From Candidatus Heimdallarchaeota archaeon (lineage in GTDB: Archaea > Asgardarchaeota > Heimdallarchaeia > Heimdallarchaeales > Heimdallarchaeaceae), in contig JAUVXV010000001.1 of the NCBI GenBank assembly GCA_030603365.1, positions 448,001 through 512,000 on the forward strand: a stretch of 64,000 nucleotides of DNA, read 5' to 3'. A program made the position numbers and the translations under genes. Below the pieces are notes generated by a model. It had not been told where the DNA came from, ran no database searches, and worked only from the letters and a program-made list of their open reading frames with translations. Positions 28,358 to 38,544 of the stretch are shown here, piece after piece (the stretch's first letter is position 1; each line of letters starts with the position of its first letter).

Positions 28358-30355
28358 TTATACTTCTTCTTTATTTTTGTATTTCCTTGTAGAAATAGCA
28401 CCAATAACCACTAAGCCTAAAGAAGCAAAGAACAATATCATGGCTATCACATCAAGCTTAATTTTTCTGCCCACTTCTGGATCCATGAAAACTTCTACTA
28501 ATTGAGTTTCATTATAACCATAACCTCTTTTATGCATGCGAACAGTAACATCCACATAATTTGCCCTTATTGTGTCATTTGGTGTTATAGCACCAGTAAA
28601 ATTCACATTATCTATAGTTGGTACTAGATCTTCTTGATTTCGGTCGGCTTTAAGTTCAAGTATAACTACCCAAACACGAAGGTTTTCTACAACTGTGTCA
28701 TTATCCCCTGACACAGAAATTTGAACATTGATTATTCCACCTTCTGCAATTTCTGTTTCTTCAACCACAAAATTATCATATGATAGTTGGTGCTGTAAAT
28801 TGAATAACCATTGTATCTGTCTGATAAGTAGGTGTTTATTATCTGCTTTTAGGATATTTGTTGTATTGAACATGTCAGCTGAAGCAGAAACTATTAATTT
28901 TCCACCTCTTTGTAGTTCAACGGCTGCTTGGAAAACTGCTGAATCATTCAGTTGAAAATCTATACTGGTATTTAACATTAAGTCATCGTCTAAATCAATA
29001 TAAAATTCTCCAGTTTTGTTTAATGTTGCATATAGGTCTCCTTCTTGGAATTGTATATACATTTCTCCAAAAGTTCCATTGAAAGTAAAGTTTAACGCAG
29101 ATCCTTGATAGAAAATTGAAAATACTTCTTCATTTGTCATTACGGTTGAATCTGTAAGGTAAGGTATATCGATAATATCACTTGAATAAAGATTTATTGT
29201 AGAATTTATACCTAGATCTTCTGAAAAAACTGTAGAGTTATAGATTTGAAGACCGAAATTTTCCAATAGTTTATTTATAGGATCATCATCTGCTGAAACT
29301 TCTCCCATTACATACAAACTTCCACCTGCAGTTGTATAAAATCTGAGTGCTTCTATTTCCTCATCAGATAGCTCAGTTTGCGCCCCAACTAAGATAATTA
29401 AATCATAACTTTTGATTGTGTTATACGTCAATGTAAATGATTCATCTTCAAATTTCAGCGTATTATTAAATCCATAGCTGTCAAGAATAGTATCAACTAC
29501 TGTAAGATTGTAATCATTTGTATATTCTGAATCTGATACATATGTTAAGACACTCTTTTCAGACAAATCTTCCTCATATGAGAAAAATTCGTAAGTAGGA
29601 TCTAATCTGAAAACTTTCCAAGGAGTAACTCTGTTATTAAGTAATGTATGATTGTAGATTGCTGTTTTATTCTGGAATAGGATTAACATATATCTCATTG
29701 GTTCTCCTTCAGAAAGTTTAATATCATTACCTATTTCATCCATTGAATATAGCTCTTTAGCTATTTCAATAGAAATTACGTGCTTGTTGAAATCGTCTAT
29801 ATACTCACCTAATGCTGCAATTGAATTTTCTACACCTGTAACATTATCATCAGCTACCATAGAATATATTGTAGTACCATTGAAATAAATGTCTTGAGCA
29901 CCTAGTTGTCTGTAATTTACAACAACACCATCATCTGCTGTTTCATTTGAATAACCTATCCTTTTATCGAAGTTATTATCAAAAACTACAGCGAGCCAAG
30001 TATGATTACCACTGTTATATTCAACATAAACAGTACTTGTATAACTAATACCCATGAATAAATGAGTAGAGTTTGCCTGAACACGTATTGTTACAGTTAT
30101 AGCATTTATTCCTATTCCTATAGTTGCTGTTTGAACTGTAGCATTTTCCCATTCTCCTGTATAACTCTCTAAATCTCCATCAATTACGGGAGAGGTATTG
30201 TTCAAGTACACTATATCTCCGTTAGGAGCAATCTGGGTGTTTTTTTCTTCATCAGAAACCATTGCTTTCAATGATATACTGATAAAACTAGCAAAGATTA
30301 ATCCTAGTATAATTGTTGAAACTCCAATAATTTTTTTCACATATTGTGTTTGCAC
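28358..30355 (-). CDS. Secreted, C-terminally anchored protein: DOMON-like + GIFT (GldG/IFT52/OST48-type) domains
   Basis: Signal peptide; PVIDG..GEW; YDLIILVG..ELSDEEIEAL..GGSL; GKLIVSASADMF..DN; C-terminal TM. Confidence 0.7.
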   Translation of the reverse strand: MQTQYVKKIIGVSTIILGLIFASFISISLKAMVSDEEKNTQIAPNGDIVYLNNTSPVIDGDLESYTGEWENATVQTATIGIGINAITVTIRVQANSTHLFMGISYTSTVYVEYNSGNHTWLAVVFDNNFDKRIGYSNETADDGVVVNYRQLGAQDIYFNGTTIYSMVADDNVTGVENSIAALGEYIDDFNKHVISIEIAKELYSMDEIGNDIKLSEGEPMRYMLILFQNKTAIYNHTLLNNRVTPWKVFRLDPTYEFFSYEEDLSEKSVLTYVSDSEYTNDYNLTVVDTILDSYGFNNTLKFEDESFTLTYNTIKSYDLIILVGAQTELSDEEIEALRFYTTAGGSLYVMGEVSADDDPINKLLENFGLQIYNSTVFSEDLGINSTINLYSSDIIDIPYLTDSTVMTNEEVFSIFYQGSALNFTFNGTFGEMYIQFQEGDLYATLNKTGEFYIDLDDDLMLNTSIDFQLNDSAVFQAAVELQRGGKLIVSASADMFNTTNILKADNKHLLIRQIQWLFNLQHQLSYDNFVVEETEIAEGGIINVQISVSGDNDTVVENLRVWVVILELKADRNQEDLVPTIDNVNFTGAITPNDTIRANYVDVTVRMHKRGYGYNETQLVEVFMDPEVGRKIKLDVIAMILFFASLGLVVIGAISTRKYKNKEEV

Positions 30356-30533
30356 TTATGTCTACTCCACTGGGTTTAGTAAAGCGCTAGCTTTTGCCTT
30401 TTTAAACTTTATTTCCTCAAAGAACTTGAGAGGACATACAATGCAACAGTAGGAAAATACTTATTTGAATGAGGAGATACTGTATAAACGTAGTCTAATT
30501 TCAATCTGTAATATAGCAATCGGAGATAAGTAT

Positions 30534-31757
30534 ATGTCTGAGCTCAAAGATAAACTCCTAAAAAACGAATACAAAGACCAAGAGGAGATTAATAAATCGC
30601 CAATCTTAGCATTATTAGATATTTCAGAAGATGAATCTAAATTCCTTAAGGAAATTGGTTTGGAAACAATTGAAGATCTAGCAACTAAATGGAATGAATA
30701 TTATGAAAAAATTGCTAAGAAGATTCCTAAAGAAAGAATTAACAGCTGGATAGCTGCAAGTCGTCTTCTATCTCTGGAGGAAACAGAAAAAGTAACTGCT
30801 GGTGCTAAAATCATAATGGTTGGAATTGATAACGCTGGTAAAACCTCTCTGTCAATTGCATTGAAACATCGAGGAGCTTTATCTCTACTATTTCAAAAAC
30901 TCTATGCCTTAACACCAACAAGAGGTCTCCTTAGAAGTAAAATAGAAGTTTTTGGGATGGATGTTCATATGCATGAACTTGGAGGGCAAAATATTTACAG
31001 AGAAGACTATCTAAGTAATCCACAACAGTATTTTGTTGGTACAGACATAATCATCTTTGTAATAGATGTTCAAGCCAAAGAAAGATTTGAAGAAAGTTTT
31101 GAATATCTCAAACAAATAACGAATGTAACTAATTCCCTGAAATTGAAAGTACCATGGAAGATTTTTTTCCACAAGTCAGATCCAGAATATGAGATTGATG
31201 ACAAGAGTGAGGAAGTATTCAGTTCAGTAATTGATTATATGTCTAAAAATTGTCCTCATTTTAATCCTGCAAAGGATTTATTTAGAACTAGTGTGAAAAT
31301 CAGATCCTCGATCTTGGGCTCCTTTTCTCACATATTTAGAGAAATCTCTCTGATACAAGAAGGAGTACAGAATGCTTCACAAACCATTTCTGAAGAACTA
31401 AAAGCAGATTTCTTTGGGTTATATGATTTTAGAAGTAATGTGTGTTTTGCACAATTCGCTAAGGATGAAGAACTGATAGATTTATCGCATAATGCATATT
31501 ATGAAGCCATAGAAACAATAGTCAATATGAGAGAACCATTTTTGAGAATAAGACGATATACTCTTGAAAATGAGGTTAATGAAATATTCATCTTGAGGGA
31601 TTTACGTTTTGGTGGTGACCGTTACATAATGGCTATGCTAACTCAAGATGAAGAGATGGCTAGAAATCTTGATCAAGATGCTATTCAAGATGTAATTGAA
31701 GAACAACTAAAAGATTGGATTGAATTCCGAGGATATGCAGCTTTCCCCTTGGAATAA
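30534..31757 (+). CDS. Rag/Arf-like small GTPase with N-terminal HhH-like and C-terminal roadblock/longin-like extensions
   Basis: GIDNAGKTS, PTRG, ELGGQ, HKSD, TSV. Confidence 0.8.
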   Translation: MSELKDKLLKNEYKDQEEINKSPILALLDISEDESKFLKEIGLETIEDLATKWNEYYEKIAKKIPKERINSWIAASRLLSLEETEKVTAGAKIIMVGIDNAGKTSLSIALKHRGALSLLFQKLYALTPTRGLLRSKIEVFGMDVHMHELGGQNIYREDYLSNPQQYFVGTDIIIFVIDVQAKERFEESFEYLKQITNVTNSLKLKVPWKIFFHKSDPEYEIDDKSEEVFSSVIDYMSKNCPHFNPAKDLFRTSVKIRSSILGSFSHIFREISLIQEGVQNASQTISEELKADFFGLYDFRSNVCFAQFAKDEELIDLSHNAYYEAIETIVNMREPFLRIRRYTLENEVNEIFILRDLRFGGDRYIMAMLTQDEEMARNLDQDAIQDVIEEQLKDWIEFRGYAAFPLE

Positions 31758-31854
31758 AATAATCTCTTATTTCTCTATTATTTATTTGTTCATTTTGAAA
31801 ATGTGAAATGACAAATAAATCTTTAAAGAAACAGTCTATCCTTTTGCAAAAGAT

Positions 31855-31945
31855 GCTCCGATAGCTCAGATGGCCTAGAGCGGTGATCTCGTAAATCGCT
31901 CGAGAAAGTCACAGAACGGGGGTTCAAATCCCCCTCGGGGCTCCA
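31855..31945 (+). tRNA. tRNA-Thr(CGT) with 13-nt intron (31894-31906), CCA encoded
   Basis: Acceptor GCTCCGA/TCGGGGC; anticodon stem GTGAT/GTCAC; BHB helix CTCG/CGAG. Confidence 0.9.
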
Positions 31946-31996
31946 ATTCTAACATTTCTGCTTAAAGTTTAAATATATCCACACTTCTTCTAGACT

Positions 31997-32938
31997 ATGA
32001 CATCATACCTATTTATAGTCAATCCTAAAGCACGAAATGGTGCTATAGGTAAGATGTGGCCAAAAGTTGAGGAAGAGATAAAAAAACGTGGTTTTGATTA
32101 CTCTGTTATATTTACAAAAGAACCCAAACATGCAATAGAAATAGCAAAAAAAGAAGCAAACAATTATGATGTGGTTGTTGCAACAGGTGGAGATGGAACA
32201 GTCAACGAAGTTGCTAATGGATTGTATGGTACTGGAGTAACATTTGGAGTTTTACCGCTTGGTAATGGTAATGATTTTGCTCGAGGAATATTATTTGATG
32301 ATGATTATAATAGAAGTTTGGACGTCCTTTCTAAAGGATTAACTCTTGATTTAACAGTTGGTATTGCTGAAGCTGATGAGGACAAACGTTATTTTTTTAA
32401 TATTGTTGATACAGGTGTAGGTGCAACAATTTCAGTTTCATCTTTTACTGATGCAAAATGGTTGAGAGGGTTTGTAAAATACTATTACTTGGCTTTCAAG
32501 GGTATACTAAAGTATCGATTGGTAAAAACAAAAATTCAAATTGATGATCAAGAGCCTTTTGATTGTGGTTTAGTTATTCTAGCTGCAGGTGTAGGCAGTC
32601 GTTTTGGCGGTGGTTTTCATATACTTCCTGACAATTATGCGTTCGAATCAGACTTTGCAATTTGTTATGCAAATGATTTAGGTAAGATTCAAACAATTAA
32701 TCTTCTGAATGTCTTAAAGGGTGGAAACCATTTAGGTAGAAAAAATGTGCATTATTTTAGAGGTAACAAAATTAGTTTGGAATTAAGTAAACCTCTTCCT
32801 GTAGAAGTTGAAGGAGAGATTGTCAACTTTGCTGCAACAAAAGTCAAATTTGAAGTAGCACCTGAAAAATTAAAGACCATAGTTCCTGATGAGTTCATTG
32901 CACTTAAAGAATCGAGAAAAAAACAAGTAAAATTATGA
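31997..32938 (+). CDS. Diacylglycerol/lipid kinase family (YegS/BmrU)
   Basis: IVNPKA, GGDGTVNEV, LPLGNGNDFAR, FGGGF. Confidence 0.92.
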   Translation: MTSYLFIVNPKARNGAIGKMWPKVEEEIKKRGFDYSVIFTKEPKHAIEIAKKEANNYDVVVATGGDGTVNEVANGLYGTGVTFGVLPLGNGNDFARGILFDDDYNRSLDVLSKGLTLDLTVGIAEADEDKRYFFNIVDTGVGATISVSSFTDAKWLRGFVKYYYLAFKGILKYRLVKTKIQIDDQEPFDCGLVILAAGVGSRFGGGFHILPDNYAFESDFAICYANDLGKIQTINLLNVLKGGNHLGRKNVHYFRGNKISLELSKPLPVEVEGEIVNFAATKVKFEVAPEKLKTIVPDEFIALKESRKKQVKL

Positions 32939-33035
32939 TTTTCCATCAAAAGAATTAAGATATAAGAATGTAAACCTGTGTAATAGAAAGCTAAACATCT
33001 TCAAGCATCTTTCTATTTGACTGGAGAGATCTTAC

Positions 33036-33494
33036 TTGCATATAGGATTTGTTGTTCAAAAACTCAGTAAAGAAGAAATTGATAATTCTATAATCTTAAT
33101 CCCAGAACTAGATAGAGAGATGTTCCCAATGGAGGGTGTGCTATTTTTCATTGAATCTTATGATGAAATATTCGGTTGTCACATCGATTCAGCAGGGACT
33201 ATCACTGGTTTAGAAGAATGGTTCAAACAATTTCCAGTTGCAAGAGAAGATATAGTAATTATCTCTAAGTATTCTGAGGGTTATTTTCTTTCAACCACAT
33301 CAGAAATTATTGAGCATCAACAACATTTTGTTATCGAAATGGATAGGATTTTGGCTTCTGAACCCACAGATATCTTTTGCCCAAATTGCCGTTACAATCT
33401 TGAACATGCAGGGAAAGCTTCTAGAGAAGATTCATATATATTGAAATGTGCAAGGTGTGGTTTTACACTTGTTAAAAAAAGCCTTCTGGAATAA
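33036..33494 (+). CDS. Hypothetical protein with C-terminal Zn ribbon
   Basis: CPNC...CARCG. Confidence 0.65.
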   Translation: MHIGFVVQKLSKEEIDNSIILIPELDREMFPMEGVLFFIESYDEIFGCHIDSAGTITGLEEWFKQFPVAREDIVIISKYSEGYFLSTTSEIIEHQQHFVIEMDRILASEPTDIFCPNCRYNLEHAGKASREDSYILKCARCGFTLVKKSLLE

Positions 33495-33549
33495 ACCTAC
33501 GTGATAAAACATATTTATATTGTAAAAACTGAAATTATCAAAGAGAACA

Positions 33550-34566
33550 ATGAGAATCTATCTATCAAAAGCTATTCAGATTAAAGGGAAGGATTGGAAA
33601 ATAGCTTGTGATAGCACAAATTCAAATTACTATCCAGTAGTTTTCTACAGTCATGCTCATTCCGATCATATACCAAGAAAGTTACCAAAAACGGACATTA
33701 TCACTTCTAAAATAACTCAGCTTCTAATGAGAAATTTTACCTCTAATTTTGAAGAACCAACATATCATGAGAGTTATTCTCAGAACAACGTTCACTTCAA
33801 ACAAAAATCTAGCGGACATATTGTAGGATCAACAGCCCTAGTAATTGAATCATCTGAAGGGAAGGTGATATATACAGGAGATGTTTCGATAAGAGACAAA
33901 GGATTTCTTGAACCTTTCAAACCTGAAAAATGTGATTCTTTAATAATTGAGAGTACATTCGGAACTCCAGGGTATGTTTTTCCAGAGTATGATGAAACTA
34001 TAAAACAGACAAAAGAACAAATATCCTACTATATTGAAAAGAATATACCTGTTGTTTTAATGGGATATGCTTTGGGAAAAGCTCAGATGTTATATCATTC
34101 TTTTTCCGAACTCTCAGAAACAATTGTAATGCATGGTGCAAATTACAAAATAAATTCTTTATTGATGGATGAGAATGTTGCTGGTTCTATACCCGCAATT
34201 GCATATGTAGATGCTAAGGAAACTGAATTACTAGAAAAAAAGCATGATTGGATACTTTATACTCCTCTTAAATCGGGAAGAGATGCATTTTTTTCCTACC
34301 TTAAGAAGAAATTTAATGCTAAACTTTTTGCTTTTAGCGGTTGGTGTATTTCTCCCAATTATAAATTTAGAATGGCTGTAGATTATGGTGTGCCAATAAG
34401 TGATCATGCAGATTTTAAAGAATTGATTGAAATTTGTGAAAAATGTGATCCGAATCAAATATATACAATCTATGGTGATAATGTTAGATTTGCAGCAGAA
34501 TTAAGAAAATTAGGGTTTAACGCACACCCTTTGTCAAAACAAACTCTCCTTGATTCCTATTTCTAA
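33550..34566 (+). CDS. MBL/beta-CASP nuclease with C-terminal PIP box
   Basis: SHAHSDH, GHIVGS, YTGD, ESTFG, SDHADF; ends QTLLDSYF. Confidence 0.85.
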   Translation: MRIYLSKAIQIKGKDWKIACDSTNSNYYPVVFYSHAHSDHIPRKLPKTDIITSKITQLLMRNFTSNFEEPTYHESYSQNNVHFKQKSSGHIVGSTALVIESSEGKVIYTGDVSIRDKGFLEPFKPEKCDSLIIESTFGTPGYVFPEYDETIKQTKEQISYYIEKNIPVVLMGYALGKAQMLYHSFSELSETIVMHGANYKINSLLMDENVAGSIPAIAYVDAKETELLEKKHDWILYTPLKSGRDAFFSYLKKKFNAKLFAFSGWCISPNYKFRMAVDYGVPISDHADFKELIEICEKCDPNQIYTIYGDNVRFAAELRKLGFNAHPLSKQTLLDSYF

Positions 34567-34570
34567 TTCT

Positions 34571-34939
34571 TTAATAACAGGCTAATAAATCCTCTATCCT
34601 TTTTTCTTTGTAAATTATTTCATTCAGATGAATTATCTGAATAGGAATGTCTCTTCTAGCAAGGAAATCTTTAGCATTGGTGCTGATAGAATTACAGATA
34701 AGAACAAGTTTTTTCAAATTTAGAGAGGTAATTAATTGTTCCAACTGAAGAAGCTTGTTTGTAGGTATTGTTCTTTTCCAATTAATTGTAACAATTCCAA
34801 TATCATGATTTTGAAGATAAAAATCTATCACATATGTCTTCCTTTCAAATTTAAATGTAACATTTTCTCGTACTGGTACTTTTCTTGAATTGAATTCATT
34901 TCTAAGTATATAGTTTATGACAGATTCTTCAGTGCTCAT
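34571..34939 (-). CDS. Small restriction-endonuclease-fold-like hypothetical protein
   Basis: IDFYL..IGIVTINWKR pattern; ATG at 34939 preferred over the ORF-track start. Confidence 0.5.
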   Translation of the reverse strand: MSTEESVINYILRNEFNSRKVPVRENVTFKFERKTYVIDFYLQNHDIGIVTINWKRTIPTNKLLQLEQLITSLNLKKLVLICNSISTNAKDFLARRDIPIQIIHLNEIIYKEKRIEDLLACY

Positions 34940-35084
34940 TGAACAGAAATCAGCTTGATTATTAAAAATAAGCCTTATTACCAGCATAATATACTGGAAA
35001 TATCTAAAAACGTAGTTTATTGACAAAAAACACGAAACTCCAGTTTTGAGAAAAATGTAGATTGGATAGATTTGTTCAGTTTTT

Positions 35085-37631
35085 CTAACCAAAAACGTAA
35101 TTCATATCTTTGATATTAGATAATCTTGCTATTAAACGATCAAAAATAGAAATGTGTTTTTTAACAATTATTTTAGGTATATCGGAATACACATAGATAT
35201 AATCTACCTTTTTCCTCTCCACTTCATGTTTCTTTTCTCTAATGGTATAGGTGATTTTTTCATCGTTTACCTCAGTTAAGACACAAGCAATTCCAGTTTC
35301 TAATTCTTCTTTAGTAAATAATATCACAGATTTTCCAACAACTGATTTGATTAAGGGAGTTTGTTGTTCTATTTTATCCTCTAGTAATCTCACAAGAGCA
35401 GGGGGTAAATCAATAATGAGTTCTGAACCTTTATAGTTGTAAGACTTTATTTCTTCTTTTTCATCTATTTTTAATTTAAAAACTGAATCTGAAAGCCCAT
35501 CTACAAATGTTATATCTTCTAAAATTGCTTTTCTATCTGCACCATCCTTATAGATAAAAATACTTTTTCCGATATTTCTTTTGAAATAGGACAAGGATTT
35601 ACCTGTATATGGTTTTTCAAATGTATTTGTAGAATTACCTAATTGTTTGAATTTGAAAATAGGTTCATTAGATTTATCACCTGTTTTCCATGAAACAAGT
35701 TCTCCCATTTTCCCATTTTTCATTACATAGGTTTCACCTATGTTAGTTTGACTTATAGCATAATCAGAAAAAAGAATCTGTTTTTCTTCTTTCTCAGTTT
35801 TCACATTTAATAACATGGGAACACAGATTGCTTTACTTATAGTGATTCCAGTTACTTTTCCTTCAAAGACATTATTGAATGTCCTGTCATAAGCCACTAT
35901 ATTCTTTCCCATTATCTCTGAAATTATCTCATCCATTCTAGTTATTTCTATAAACGATTTTACTCCTTCGTCTCCATGATATTCGTTAAATCTTTCTGAT
36001 ATCAAAGATGAGAATTCTTCTCGTTTTTCACTTAATTTCTTCAAAGATTTCTTTCTAATGAAAGTAGGTAAAATAAACCAAAATGGCAGAAGAGCTCCTT
36101 TAACTGGAGAAAATCTATCATCAACTACTGCAACTATTCTGTAAGCTGTTCTAGGATGAGACATAAAAATATTAGCAAACATATCCCATCTACTTGGTTT
36201 GTATATGTGCTTGTAAAGTCTAATTGCTGCTTCTCCTTGAAATCTTAATTTTTCGTCTTCGGTGAATTCTTTTCCAGTTAATAATTGCACATTCAATCCA
36301 AAATCACCTGCAACACCTTGATAGAATCCTTCTAGCTTATACAAAACCTGAGCGAGTTCTTTCCCATAACCTGCTTTTTTCGTTTGTAAATCAGCATCTC
36401 CTTCAAGAATTCTCACAAATATATACAATACAGCTATTATTCCATAACTAATGAGAAAGTACCATCCAAACGCAATATCAACTTTAACAGCTGCATAATC
36501 TAATGTTGTTGCAGGTAGTAAGAATGCTTTCTTAACTATCATCTCGATCCATGCTAGTAACTGAAGCCAGATAATATGACCACGTTTGTTATGTGCTAGT
36601 TCATGTGCTACAATACCTCGGATGTCATCATCACTAAAATCATTAATGTCGGAAGCAATAAGGGCAACTCTCTGATCAAAGATGGGACCATATGCCATGG
36701 CATTTAATATTGGTGCTTCAACAAAACCTACCTTAACCTTTCTTCTAATACCTAAACGTTTTCGTACTTCTTCAACCAATTTAAGTACTCTTTCATCATC
36801 TGTTGATTTGATTCCTAGAAGAGCTGTAAGAAGCCATCCAGAAATAAAATACAATAAAATTGACATTACAATAATTATTTCCCATGGTCCAATAGAAAGG
36901 AATATTGTTCTATCAATTAGAAGTGAATCTGCAAAATAAGTGTCTATCTTCACTAATCCTCCTAAAGTATCTCCATTTCTTGGAAGTGAGAAACTACTAC
37001 TAAAATTAAAGAAATATGAGAATGAATGATAATATATTCCTAGATAATTCCAAGTTAGGTTATCAAATCCAGGAACTAATTTGCCAACACCATATAATGC
37101 AACATAAGCTAATGCAAAAAGAGTGAGATAAAGTATCTGTGGAGACATTAGTCTACTTACTAATACAAATTTCTTACCAAAGAATATGAGCGCTAGAATA
37201 ATGAAAACATATAGCATAAGATTATATGCCCAACCTGTGAAAATCTCTGTTTCTTCTTTGGTAACCAGTTCCCACACTTTGTCACCAACTGTTCCAACCA
37301 AGAAAACAAAATATGTTACTACAGATATAATCATGAGTTCTCTCCATACAGGAGAATGTCTTAACTGATATGTTTGATAGACGGCGAGAACGAATAAACT
37401 TAATGCAATCCCTAATAACCAATGTTCTAAGAAGAAAATAACAAGACCAAAAGTTAATGCTATGGATGCTAGCATAAGATTTTCTGATGTTGTTCCATGT
37501 TTTATTTTAGTTCTGATTTCAGAAATTAAGAAAAACAAACCTAGAGCTGTTATTGCTAAACCTAAGATTAGAGTTATATTACCGTCAACTATTTGATTCC
37601 ATTTATCGAGAAAATAATCAGCTAAACTCAT
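35085..37631 (-). CDS. M48-family membrane metalloprotease with long C-terminal extension
   Basis: LNAMAYG, AHELAH, EGDAD, SHPRTAYRI; many TMs. Confidence 0.82.
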   Translation of the reverse strand: MSLADYFLDKWNQIVDGNITLILGLAITALGLFFLISEIRTKIKHGTTSENLMLASIALTFGLVIFFLEHWLLGIALSLFVLAVYQTYQLRHSPVWRELMIISVVTYFVFLVGTVGDKVWELVTKEETEIFTGWAYNLMLYVFIILALIFFGKKFVLVSRLMSPQILYLTLFALAYVALYGVGKLVPGFDNLTWNYLGIYYHSFSYFFNFSSSFSLPRNGDTLGGLVKIDTYFADSLLIDRTIFLSIGPWEIIIVMSILLYFISGWLLTALLGIKSTDDERVLKLVEEVRKRLGIRRKVKVGFVEAPILNAMAYGPIFDQRVALIASDINDFSDDDIRGIVAHELAHNKRGHIIWLQLLAWIEMIVKKAFLLPATTLDYAAVKVDIAFGWYFLISYGIIAVLYIFVRILEGDADLQTKKAGYGKELAQVLYKLEGFYQGVAGDFGLNVQLLTGKEFTEDEKLRFQGEAAIRLYKHIYKPSRWDMFANIFMSHPRTAYRIVAVVDDRFSPVKGALLPFWFILPTFIRKKSLKKLSEKREEFSSLISERFNEYHGDEGVKSFIEITRMDEIISEIMGKNIVAYDRTFNNVFEGKVTGITISKAICVPMLLNVKTEKEEKQILFSDYAISQTNIGETYVMKNGKMGELVSWKTGDKSNEPIFKFKQLGNSTNTFEKPYTGKSLSYFKRNIGKSIFIYKDGADRKAILEDITFVDGLSDSVFKLKIDEKEEIKSYNYKGSELIIDLPPALVRLLEDKIEQQTPLIKSVVGKSVILFTKEELETGIACVLTEVNDEKITYTIREKKHEVERKKVDYIYVYSDIPKIIVKKHISIFDRLIARLSNIKDMNYVFG

Positions 37632-37684
37632 ATCATCTTGGATTTGAAGTTGAGCGTTTTAAAATCTTTGTCTTTGGAAAAAAT

Positions 37685-38296
37685 CTATGATATAGGAATT
37701 TGCCGAATTACATCATTGGTAAGTAATTCTTTTGCTGCTCTTTGAGCATCTGTTTCAGTAAGTTTCATCAACTTTACAATATCGTTCAAGGTAGCAGCTC
37801 CTTTGTATTTCAACAAGGAAATAAGCTTCTTTTGTTGTTGACTATAAGTTTTTTTGAAATCTCCTGAAACTGTACTTGGATTTAATTCTAGTTTGGTATT
37901 GGAAAGGTTAACAGCAGGAGTAGTATACTTCCTTAAGCGTTTGTCAACAAAATCATCCATTAAAGAAAAGTGTTCTACTCGTCCATTCCAATCAGTTAAA
38001 TCTTTATTAAACCGATTATGAAATTCCTCTTGGATGTGTTTTAAATCCTCTCTCACAGCAGTATCTTCATCATCACAATCTGTGCATACAACAATAACTG
38101 TTTGTTTTGCAGTTGCATAAATGAACTTGTAATTCTTTGTTTGAAGAAAGTCACAACCTTCATCAACATTCTGAGCAAAAATCTCTATTGCACTCAAAAA
38201 GCTTGTAATAAGGTTTTCATCATGACCTATGCTACCATACTTCTTATGAAAAAGACATTCACCAGTATCTTTAGCTATCCAAATATTATGTAACAT
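37685..38296 (-). CDS. Longin-like domain + C-terminal winged helix
   Basis: IWIAKDTGECLF...DENLITSFLSAI; C-terminal HTH pattern; ATG at 38296 preferred. Confidence 0.7.
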   Translation of the reverse strand: MLHNIWIAKDTGECLFHKKYGSIGHDENLITSFLSAIEIFAQNVDEGCDFLQTKNYKFIYATAKQTVIVVCTDCDDEDTAVREDLKHIQEEFHNRFNKDLTDWNGRVEHFSLMDDFVDKRLRKYTTPAVNLSNTKLELNPSTVSGDFKKTYSQQQKKLISLLKYKGAATLNDIVKLMKLTETDAQRAAKELLTNDVIRQIPIS

Positions 38297-38335
38297 AGAC
38301 TTCAAGAAGATAAAAAATGACTTAGCACAAAAAGT

Positions 38336-38541
38336 CTCATAATACATGGGTATTTTCTCGGACTTCTAAAATTGAAAATTAACGAGAATGCAACTGATTA
38401 CTTTTCTTCTTCTGAATATGTAAAATAGATTTGAATTTTTTCTGTGATTGTTTCTTAAAGGAAATGAAAAAAAGAAAAGGAGTGAAAAGGATCTAAGACA
38501 GAAAGTCAAAGAAACAAAGTGAATCACCCATGTATTATGAG
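38336..38541. repeat. Perfect 16-bp inverted repeat pair
   Basis: CTCATAATACATGGGT at 38336-38351 and ACCCATGTATTATGAG at 38526-38541. Confidence 0.92.
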
Positions 38542-38544
38542 TTA

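Noticed and set aside
38386-38394. GAATGCAAC resembling the end of a Cas12f repeat
   Set aside because: Single 9-mer with no array; compatible with chance
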